From Telmatocola sphagniphila (GTDB lineage Bacteria > Planctomycetota > Planctomycetia > Gemmatales > Gemmataceae): a DNA stretch of 32,000 nucleotides. The position numbers were made by a program, and so were the translations under genes. Positions 1-9,200 of the stretch are shown here, piece by piece. The notes beneath the pieces are model-generated. The model searched no databases. It saw only the letters and a program-made list of their open reading frames with translations, and had not been told where the DNA came from. The stretch covers positions 4,320,001 through 4,352,000 of the forward strand of contig NZ_CP074694.1 of assembly GCF_018398935.1 (NCBI RefSeq), written 5' to 3'. How positions within the stretch are numbered: position 1 is the stretch's first letter; each line of letters opens with the position of its first letter.

Positions 1-361
1 ATTCCAGATCGGCGAAGATCAGTTCTTCGCGAAAACGCTGCAGCTGATCGAGCAGGCTGGCTCCGGTAAACCCATCGAGCACAATCACCAGCCCGTCCGC
101 TTCGCGCAGAATACCAAGTCGGCGTGGGTTATCCTTTTTCTCCCCCGTCATCAAACCGGGAGTGTCGAGAAAGGCGATTTCGGCAAACTTGTGCTTCTTC
201 GGCTTGAACTTGGCAATCATTTTGGAGAGGCGCTCGTCCGGAACGGCCGCCATGCCCATCTGCCCCTGCTGAATTTTTGCCGGGTCGGGTTCAACTCCCG
301 TCAACCATTGGAATACTGTTGTTTTGCCGGAACCGGCATATCCTACCAAGCCCACTTTCAT
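1..361 (-). CDS. Obg/YchF-like P-loop GTPase/ATPase, N-terminal part only (3' end runs off the window)
   Basis: Absent from the ORF track because it crosses the window edge. Reverse-strand translation from ATG (complement of 359-361) gives MKVGLVGYAGSGKTTVFQWLTGVEPDPAKIQQGQMGMAAVPDERLSKMIAKFKPKKHKFAEIAFLDTPGLMTGEKKDNPRRLGILREADGLVIVLDGF... It has a Walker A (GxxGSGKT), a VPDERL block and a DTPGL G3 motif, in the order typical of YchF/OLA1-type proteins. Confidence 0.6.
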   Translation of the reverse strand, partial: MKVGLVGYAGSGKTTVFQWLTGVEPDPAKIQQGQMGMAAVPDERLSKMIAKFKPKKHKFAEIAFLDTPGLMTGEKKDNPRRLGILREADGLVIVLDGFTGASLLDQLQRFREELIFADLE

Positions 362-434
362 CGCGGAATCCTCTTTGAATTCGCTGAAGCTCGCCGTTTT
401 GTATTCTACAAGATGAAGATCTGAGAGTTTCCGT

Positions 435-492
435 GAATTGACAGAGTTTTCCAAGGTTTTTTCCATTCTCCGTCGAATAAAGAATTGACAGA
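435..492 (+). repeat. Two direct copies of GAATTGACAGA (each containing a consensus TTGACA) in the divergent promoter region
   Basis: GAATTGACAGA occurs at 435-445 and at 482-492. The second TTGACA (485-490) is followed after 17 nt by TATTCA (508-513), which is a weak -10 candidate. A 7-bp stem (TTCCGAA 522-528 / TTCGGAA 538-544) lies downstream. Confidence 0.3.
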
Positions 493-622
493 TCCCTCAA
501 CCCGCTCTATTCAGGGACTGCTTCCGAAAGCATCAGCTTCGGAACGAGGTGGTTCTGAGAAACTCGGGGGAGTGACTCGGCGGCCGCTTCGGTTGAGGTT
601 CGGGGAAGTTAGGGGGAATGGC

Positions 623-2386
623 ATGAAGCCTTGTTATCTTTTGCTCGCCAGCCTGTTTCTGGTAGGCACAGGTTGCGTCGACTCCAAAGTCACCCGAGCC
701 CGCATCGACAGCGAACCCACCAAAGAAGCCGTCGTTAAAACCATCGGCGATGTCTCGACCATCGGTAACGCCGTACCCATCCCGGTCAGCGGTGTGGGAT
801 TGGTAGTCGGGCTCGACGGTAATGGCGGCAGTGCCCCTCCGGGTATCTACCGGTCGATGCTCGAAGATTATTTGAAAAAGAAGGGCTTCGATAACGTCCG
901 CGACATTCTCGAATCACCCAATCACTCGATGGTCATGCTGACCTCGGTCATTCCGCCCGGCTCGCGGAAAGACGATATGCTCGATATTCAAGTCACCCTG
1001 CCCGAAGGCAGTAAGACCAAGAGCCTGCGCGGCGGCCATCTCGAACTCTGCTACTTGATGACCTACGAAACGCAGCAAAACGTCCGACAGATGATGGCTT
1101 CCAATCCGGATGCCAAGGCGGCCGGCAATAATCGACTGTTGCAGGGCGACAAGCTGATTTACGCCGAAGGCCCTCTAGCCGCCCCTAACCTGGATAAGAA
1201 TGATCCTGAAGCGGAATGGAAAACCGCCTGGGTTTGGGCGGGAGGAAAACTTCAAGCTTCCAACTGCTTCCACGTTCTGATGAATCCCGATCAACAGCGC
1301 TACGCCGTTACTCAGGAAGCCGCCAACCGCATCAACGAAGTGTTCCACGGTCAAGGCGAAGATCGCGTTGCAGTCGCCAAAACCAAGGATACGATCATCA
1401 TCGCGGTACCGAGCATCTACCGTCTGAATGTGCCACATTTCCTCCGGGTGTTGCGAAACATTCCTCTGGACAGTCGGCAGTTGACCAACAACTACAAGCA
1501 AACCTGGGAAGATCAGTTGAAGGAGCCGGCCACGACGGTGGCAGCGGCTTTACGACTTGAGGCGATGGGGCAGGACAGCATTCCCATTTTGAAGACGGGG
1601 CTGGAGAGTACCTATCCCCTTGTTCGATTTGCGGCCGCGGAAGCCCTCTGCTATCTGGGCTACGCCGGTGCCGCTGATGAACTGGGCAAGCTGACCGAGG
1701 AACATCCTTCGATGCAAGCCTACGCTCTCACAGCACTCGCTTCTTTGAATGAAGCCGCCTGCTACTACAAGCTTCAGGATTTGCTGGCCTCCACGATTCC
1801 CGAAGTTCGCTACGGGGCCTTCCGGGCCTTGCGCGAGCAGGATCCTAATCAGGAAATCATCCGAGGCACCAAACTGAACAAATCCTTCTACCTGCATAAG
1901 GTCGCTCTGAACTCTCTGCCCATGGTTCACCTGCTGAACGATAAGCGAAGCGAAGTAGTGCTCTTCGGCGATACGCCAGCTCTGATTGCTCCCTTCTCTT
2001 TTGCGATCGGCACGGAATTGACGGTCTCGGCAAAAGTGGAAGACAATACGGTTACGATCAATCGCTTCTCGGTGAAGCACGGCAATCAGGTCGAACAGTG
2101 TCCGCTGAATCTGGAAGCGATCATTCGCACGATGGCTGGCATGGGCGCGGGATATTCGGAAGTCGTACAGCTCGTGAAGCTGGCGGATAAAACCCACTGT
2201 CTGAACTGCAAGCTGGCGGTCCAGGCCCTGCCGAAGTCGCTGCGAATTCAGGAGCTGGGAGAATCGGGAAAGAACGACCCCACCCTCAAGACCGAAGCGG
2301 AACTGATGCAGAAGGCCCAGAGTAAGGGAGAAGGCACAGCCCTGTTCGACAATAGTTCGAAATCCAAGGAAGTGACGAAGAAATAA
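623..2386 (+). CDS. FlgI (flagellar P-ring)-like periplasmic protein with an internal HEAT-repeat insertion; signal peptide ending in Cys (possible lipoprotein)
   Basis: ORF 485-2386. I place the start at ATG 623, which is preceded by AGGGGGAA and gives [18 protein letters not shown], a signal peptide; this yields 587 aa. FlgI-like blocks: [75 protein letters not shown], and C-terminal [38 protein letters not shown]. HEAT/PBS-type repeats ([41 protein letters not shown]) lie at about nt 1505-1870. Confidence 0.7.
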   Translation: [587 protein letters not shown]

Positions 2387-2435
2387 TCCGGGAATCGACG
2401 GCAGATGTCTTACCGGATTTCGCTCGGATTCTCCC

Positions 2436-5400
2436 ATGCTCAAGCGTCTGGAACTAATCGGCTTCAAGAGTTTCGCCGATAAGACCCGCTTCGATTTTCA
2501 CGACGGCATCACGGCCGTGGTCGGTCCCAACGGCAGCGGCAAAAGCAACGTGGTCGATGCGGTTCGCTGGATCCTCGGCGAACAATCGGCCAAGAGCCTC
2601 CGCGGCGGCGAGATGGCCGATGTGATCTTCAACGGATCGGCTTCGCGGCGCAGCCTCGGCATGGCCGAGGTCACGATGACCTTCGACAACGCCCGTAAAA
2701 TTCTCAATTCGGATGCCGCGGAAGTCCAGGTCACCCGCCGCGTCTATCGCGACGGCACGGGCGAATATCTACTCAACGGCCAGATCTGTCGACTCAAAGA
2801 CCTGAAGGAACTCTTTCTCGGCTCCGGTGCCGGTCCCGGTACTTATTGCATCATCGAACAGGGCCGGGTCGACGCCCTGCTTCAATCCAGCACCAAAGAT
2901 CGACGACTCATTTTTGAAGAAGCAGCCGGGATCAGCCGGTTCAAGGCCAAAAAACTGGAAACGCTTCGCAAACTGGAAGCGACTTCGCAAAATCTCAGCC
3001 GGGTGAAAGACATCCTGGGAGAAATCGACAAACAACTTCGCAAAGTTCGGCAGGAAGCGACCAAGGCCCAGCGCTGGCAGGAACTGAACGAACGGCTGCG
3101 GGAACTGCGCATCGGCAGCAGTCTTCGCGAGTTCGATGAAAGGCGCGGGAAAATTTCGCAGACGCAGGAACGGCTCGATTCTTTGCGCAGCGATCTCAGT
3201 CAGACCACGGAACAAATGACCAGTTGGGAACTGGAAGCTCGGCAGATCGATACCGGCTTGCTGGAAACCGAGCGCCTACTCGGTTCGCTGCAGGAACTGG
3301 TAAACGTCACTCAACAGGAAATTATATCGCGCTCGGCGGAATTCCATCAGGCCGTACAGATGGCCGAACGACTCCAAAACGAGCAGCGGGAACTTTCACA
3401 GCGGCTGGCGGAGAGCTTGCAGAGGCTTCATCAACAAACCGACCAGCGCTCGGAGCACGGAAATCAACTCGCCGCGGCGGATTCACGCGTTTCGGAATCC
3501 ACGGCAACTTGCAGCCGGTTGCAGCGGGAATGGGATCAACTGGAAGCCGCTCTCGAAGAAAACTCCCACCGGGTGAAAGCGGAAAGGCAAAACCAGTTTG
3601 AACTGTTTCAGGAAGCAAGCCGGCTGCATAACGAGGCAGAAAAGAAAAAAAGCGACTGGCAGCGACTGACCAGCGATTACCAAAGGCAACGCCGGCAGGC
3701 CGAACAGCATTTGGCCGAGCGAGATTCGTTCGATCGGGGTTTGGAAAGTCTGCGCCTGAATGACGAACAGTTGCAAAGCCGGATCTCGCAAGTTCGAACT
3801 CAACTGGAAGAACGTAGGAAGGAACGGGGAGAATTCATCGCCTGGTCGCAGCTGATTCAGCAGGATCTCGATGAACTGCGGCAACGTCGCGAAAAGATGA
3901 CCGGCCGCTTTGAGGCGCTGGATAATTTCGAAAAATCTCAGGAGGGATTGGCTTTAGGAACCCGTGAAGTCATGGCCCGGATCGCTGGTGGAGATGCCGC
4001 CCTTCGCAGCAACGTACTCGGTCTGGTGGCCGATCTGCTGAATGTGCCGGGCGAGCTAGCCGCCTATGTCGATCTGGCTTTGGGCGATATTTCCCAGCAC
4101 TTCATTGTACGCGATGCCGAGGAACTGGATCGCTATCTGGCTGACCCGGCCCATGAACTACCGGGGAAGGCTAGTTTCCTACCCTATGTCAATCTTACCC
4201 CGCTGGACGAGGGGGCCGATACCCGAACGGCCGACCGTTGGGTCACCAGCGAACTCGGCGGACTGCCTCGACAATTACTGGGTAGTACCTTCATCGTGGA
4301 AAATCTTGTCGAAGCCCGGGAACTGAGCCAGAACCCGGAATGTGCCGGCCATCGTTTCGTTACCAAATTGCGAGAACTCCTGGAACCGGACGGCTCGCTC
4401 ACTGTGGGGACCAAAGCCGGGGAATCGGGAATTGTGTCCCGCAAAAGCGAACTGCGCGAACTCAAATCGCAACTTAAAATCCTGGAACAGGAAATCGCCG
4501 AGGTCGAGCAGAAACTCAGCGATGTGAAGAAATCGATCGAAGCCAGTGAAGCCCCGATCCATGGTCTGGAACACGAACTGGGCATGCTGAATCATCAGGC
4601 CGGTGACCTGGAGCGGGCGATTTCGGAAAACCGTTCCAACCGGGATCGACTGGCGGAACTGATCGAATTGAACCAGAGCGAAATGAATCTCATGGCCGGC
4701 GAGATCGGCACACTCGAGACTACCTGGCTGCAACTGCAAAACCAAGCTCAATCGCGGCAGCACGAAGCCGAGGCTTCGACGAAACGAATCGCCCAGGGAG
4801 AACTCCAACATCAAGCCCTGGAGCAGAACCGACCCAAGCTCCAGGAAGAATTGACGATCTCGCGGGTCGCTCTCGGACAGTACCAGATGGAGAGGGACAA
4901 CCTGCACCGAGAGCAGGAGCATCTGGAAATAGAATCGGATCGTCTTGTGGCTCTGACGCAGCAGATCGAGCAGGACAGTGCGAATCTTCGCATTCGCATC
5001 GAGCAGATTGAACTGGAGGCTCTGTCGATTTCGATGCAAATTGCTGAGCGGGCAGCTCGAAAAGAATCGGCCCTGGCGAAGACCGGGGAACTGACTGCGG
5101 AGCGAAACCGACTCAAGGCGCGCAAATCCGATCTGGAGGATCAACTCCGGCAGATAAGAGTTGCCAACCAGCAAAAGCTCGAAGAATTGCACCAGAGCGA
5201 TCTGAGCTTTCGGGAACTGCAATCGCAGCATCGAGTACTCGAAGATCGACTTCTGGAAGAATTCCAGGTGCATTTGCCTACCTTGTATGAAAACGTCACC
5301 GAAAGCTCTTACTCCCATTGGCTGGGTGAGACGGTTCCCGTTCCAGAGTGGGCTAGGGAAATCACCGAGCTGAAGGAGAAAATTCGCAAATTAGGCAGCG

Positions 5401-6026
5401 TGAGTCTGGATGCTTTGAACGAACTGAACGAGGTCGAAGCACGAGCAAAAGATATCAAGGCCCAGTACGACGATCTCACCGAGGCGAATCGGTCGCTTCT
5501 CGAGATTATCGCCAAGATTAACGGCGACAGTCAGCGCATGCTGACGGAGACTTTGGCGACTATTCGCGAGCACTTCCAGGTGATCTTCCGCCAGTTATTC
5601 GGGGGAGGAAGCGCTGAAATCGTAGTCGAGGATCCCAATGATGTGCTCGAATCGGGAATGGAAATCATCGCCCGCCCCCCCGGCAAAGAACTGCGCAGCA
5701 TCTCGCTGATGAGCGGCGGCGAAAAAACGATGACGGCCGTGGCCCTGCTACTGGCCATTTTCCGCAGCAAGCCGAGCCCGTTCTGCCTGCTGGATGAGGT
5801 AGACGCCGCGCTGGATGAAGCGAACTGCCAGCGCCTGGCCTCCGCTCTCAAGGACTTCACTCAGCAATCCCAGTTCATTGTGATCACACACAAAAAGCGG
5901 ATGATGTCCGTTGCCGATATTCTTTATGGCATCACCATGCAGGAGAGCGGCATCTCCAAGCAAGTCTCCATCCGCTTCGAGGACTGGCAGGAGGAGAAGG
6001 AGAAGCCCAGGAATTTGGCCGCCTAG
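2436..6026 (+). CDS. smc: Chromosome segregation protein SMC
   Basis: 1196 aa. Canonical N-terminus [16 protein letters not shown] with Walker [10 protein letters not shown]. Very long E/Q/L/R-rich coiled-coil arms and a central hinge ([23 protein letters not shown]). C-terminal signature LMSGGEKT and Walker [13 protein letters not shown]. Confidence 0.95.
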   Translation: MLKRLELIGFKSFADKTRFDFHDGITAVVGPNGSGKSNVVDAVRWILGEQSAKSLRGGEMADVIFNGSASRRSLGMAEVTMTFDNARKILNSDAAEVQVTRRVYRDGTGEYLLNGQICRLKDLKELFLGSGAGPGTYCIIEQGRVDALLQSSTKDRRLIFEEAAGISRFKAKKLETLRKLEATSQNLSRVKDILGEIDKQLRKVRQEATKAQRWQELNERLRELRIGSSLREFDERRGKISQTQERLDSLRSDLSQTTEQMTSWELEARQIDTGLLETERLLGSLQELVNVTQQEIISRSAEFHQAVQMAERLQNEQRELSQRLAESLQRLHQQTDQRSEHGNQLAAADSRVSESTATCSRLQREWDQLEAALEENSHRVKAERQNQFELFQEASRLHNEAEKKKSDWQRLTSDYQRQRRQAEQHLAERDSFDRGLESLRLNDEQLQSRISQVRTQLEERRKERGEFIAWSQLIQQDLDELRQRREKMTGRFEALDNFEKSQEGLALGTREVMARIAGGDAALRSNVLGLVADLLNVPGELAAYVDLALGDISQHFIVRDAEELDRYLADPAHELPGKASFLPYVNLTPLDEGADTRTADRWVTSELGGLPRQLLGSTFIVENLVEARELSQNPECAGHRFVTKLRELLEPDGSLTVGTKAGESGIVSRKSELRELKSQLKILEQEIAEVEQKLSDVKKSIEASEAPIHGLEHELGMLNHQAGDLERAISENRSNRDRLAELIELNQSEMNLMAGEIGTLETTWLQLQNQAQSRQHEAEASTKRIAQGELQHQALEQNRPKLQEELTISRVALGQYQMERDNLHREQEHLEIESDRLVALTQQIEQDSANLRIRIEQIELEALSISMQIAERAARKESALAKTGELTAERNRLKARKSDLEDQLRQIRVANQQKLEELHQSDLSFRELQSQHRVLEDRLLEEFQVHLPTLYENVTESSYSHWLGETVPVPEWAREITELKEKIRKLGSVSLDALNELNEVEARAKDIKAQYDDLTEANRSLLEIIAKINGDSQRMLTETLATIREHFQVIFRQLFGGGSAEIVVEDPNDVLESGMEIIARPPGKELRSISLMSGGEKTMTAVALLLAIFRSKPSPFCLLDEVDAALDEANCQRLASALKDFTQQSQFIVITHKKRMMSVADILYGITMQESGISKQVSIRFEDWQEEKEKPRNLAA

Positions 6027-6299
6027 TTCCAGTAATTGCGCAGTCTCCTTTTCTATGCTCGGCTAATCGGTCACTTCGAAATTGATCGAACTTCCCAATT
6101 CGCAACAATCAAAAAGAGAACCGCGCCTTCCTGTCGCTTAGTAGTGCCCGGGAGATTATTTAATTTTCTTTTACGTTTCACAAACGAAGCGCGCCCACTT
6201 GTCGTCTATAACGTTAGTACGAAGACCGGACACAGACTCAACGTGCTCGCAAGCATTCTGTTCGGCGAAAACGAACTTTTATACTCTCCGGATATCACT

Positions 6300-9200
6300 A
6301 TGAAGTGGCTCAAATGTGCCGTGATTGCTCTTGGAGTCTCTCTGATGTCCCATGCGGAAGCTAGCGATATCGGTTTCGTGGAGGACTTCGCCCTTGCAAA
6401 AGATCGGGCAGAGGCCCTCAAAAAGCTCATACCCGGAACAGAAGATTACTATTACTATCACTGTTTGCATTATTTGAATACCGAACAGTTCGACAAAATA
6501 GAACCTTTGACGAAAATTTGGTTTGAGCGTTTTAATCAAACACAACGCCTGACCGAGATTCAAACTCGCTATGCCTTTCTGACCTATAACAAAGACCCGC
6601 AACGAACTCTCTCGTATTTCCGACGAACGTTAGGATTGAATTATCCCCATCAACGCATCATTCAGGGGGGATCGCCGAACCTTCCCACCGCACTCGATGC
6701 CAAGTTAATCCGCCGGGATACTTTGAAAGCCGATTCGCTGGCCCGCTGGCCGAATCTGGAGAATTTCGAAGATTCCGCAATGCAATGGCTGGCGAATGAA
6801 AACCTCAGCTGGGAACGCCGACGCTTGCTACTCCAGCGGTTGGAACGGCCGGATATCCAAAACCTTCCCGCGCTGATCGTGGAAGATTTAAAAGCCCCAA
6901 ACAATATTGTTTTCGGGCAGTGGAAAATTCATTATCAGTTGACTTTGGATCAGTTAAACGAACTTTTGAAATTAAAGCCCGATCTGCTGAACCAGGACCA
7001 CTTCGTGCGGGCCATGCTTCAGAAATTGCATCCGGGGGACGATGAGGATTGGCAAAATACACCCGCATTGCTTCGAGCATATTTGGATCGGCTACTGGCT
7101 TTCGTCCGAAAATTAGATCCCGCCAATAATTCGCTCAAAGCGCACGTTCTATTCAACCGCCTGCTGCTGGATCAAACTTCCGGAAATCTCGATAAAGCAC
7201 TCTTTCTTGAGTATCTGACTCTGCCTCGACAGCGCGGCTATATGCCGAAGGAAATGCTGGACTCGGAATACTCTCGGCGATTCCCCGCGGATTTAAATGC
7301 CGACTGGAAGCCGGTGACACTATTACCCATCGTGCGGGATGATGAAGCACTGGTCCGCTACTACTTGAAGCACTTATTGCTGAATGCCAGCGGTTATAAG
7401 GAATTTGCGCCGTTCATTAACGACTCCTATCTGCGCGCCGTGTTTGCGGAAACCAAGATTGAGGCCGGGCTGGGCGATGTTGAACAGTGGGCGAACTATT
7501 TGTCGCCGGAAAGCTACCGAGCGCTCAAGGAACGAATCGATATCGATTTCGCGCCGACAAACAAAACGCACTACAAAGCGGATGAACCGGTTTCGCTCAA
7601 TCTCTGGGTAAAAAATGTCCCCACTTTGATGGTGAAGGTCTTTGAAATCAACACGGCCAACTTCTATCAGAGTCAGCAGCGTGAAGTCGACACGGCGATT
7701 AACCTCGACGGATTGGTGGCGAATTCTGAAAAAACCTACGCCTATACCGAGGATGCGGTTCGGCGGGTATCCCGCAAATTCGAGTTTCCGCAACTCAACA
7801 AAGCCGGCCTATATGTCATCGACTTCATTGGCGCGGGAAAAAGCAGCCGCGCTCTCATTCACAAGGGCCGGTTGCTACCGCTGGTGACGACCAGTACTGT
7901 CGGCCAAAAACTGGTCATTGTGGACGAGAACAAGCAGATCGTGACGGGCTGCACCGTTTGGCTCCACGGACAGGAATACAAAGCCGATGACACCGGGGTT
8001 GTCTATATCCCATTCAGTACAGCTTCTGGTCAGCAGCCGATCGTCATCAAAAAAGGGGATTTCGCCAGCCTGGATTATCTTTTGCACGCCTCGGAAAACT
8101 ACAAGCTTCAGATCGGATTCTACGTCGATCGCGAAGCACTGCTCACCCAGCGTATAGCTACGATTGTCGTGCGGCCCAGTTTACTATTGAACGATCAACC
8201 CGTCTCATTGAAATTGCTTAAAGATGCGAAACTGGTGTTATCCGCCAAGGATCTCGACGGCATAGTCACCACTACCGAAGTCCCGAATTTCAAGCTCTTT
8301 GAAGACCGGGAATCGACACACGAATTTAGAGTTCCCGCCCGACTCAATAGTCTGGATATCTCGCTCCAGGCGACCGTCAACTCGCGTAGCCTGAGCAAGC
8401 CGATCACCCTGTCCGCCGGGCACAGCTTTGTCACCAACGAAATCTCCAAAACCGAAAAAATTGAAGATATTCACCTAGCTAAATTCGGTTCCGAGTATGT
8501 GCTCGAAGTTCGGGGACGAACCGGCGAGCCGAAGCCAGAACGACCCGTGACAATCGGTTTGAAGCATCGCGACTTTAAGACTTCGACGACCGTTCAATTG
8601 AAAACAAATTCTGCGGGCCGCATCCAGTTAGGAGAGTTATTGGATATCACCTCCCTAGCGGTGACTGGACCGGAGCAAATTTCGCATACCTGGAATCTCT
8701 CTAGCGACCGACACAGCTACCGAAAGACACTCCATAGCAAGCGCGGCGACATCATCACCCTACCATACATGGGTAAGGAGGCGATGGTTTCCCGGGACGA
8801 GTTATCGTTGTTTGAATTGCACGGTTCGACAGTGTTTGCTGACCGGTTTGGAAATCTCAGCATTAAAGATGCGATTTTGGAAATCAAAGATCTCCCGGCT
8901 GGCGATTTCGAACTCTGGCTGAAAAAATCGGATGAACGAATTCAAATTCGCGTTACCGAAGGGAACCTGGCTGACGGCTACGTCCTGGGGGATTTGCGAG
9001 AACTTCAACTTCCTGGACTGAAACCGGTGCAGATCAGTTCTCTAACTCTGGAAGGCGATAATCTGGTTATCCAATTGCGAGATATCTCTCCGTTTACTCG
9101 AGTCCATGTCTTTGGAACGCGTTATCAACCCGCGTTCTCCGCCTTTGAAGAGTTAGCTAAAGTTCGCGATGCGGAGTTGAAAGGGTACTATCCCACGCGA

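Noticed and set aside
485-622. N-terminal extensions offered by the ORF track (TTG 485 for the FlgI-like gene; likewise TTG 6036-6299 for the giant gene, 13089-13166, 19518-19595, 19970-20122 and 27899-27937)
   Set aside because: In each case an internal ATG with a purine-rich RBS begins a canonical signal peptide or a conserved family N-terminus. The extensions are non-ATG, low-complexity or overlap the neighbouring gene.
1550-2467. 305-aa minus-strand ORF overlapping the FlgI-like gene and the smc start
   Set aside because: It lies antisense to a gene with clear family motifs. The product is Arg/Leu/Gln/Phe-rich with no motifs, typical of a shadow ORF in GC-rich coding DNA.
4275-5318. 347-aa minus-strand ORF (and other antisense ORFs) inside smc
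   Set aside because: It mirrors the E/K/Q/L-rich coiled-coil codons of smc, giving F/L/Q-rich low-complexity translation. The smc frame is unambiguous.
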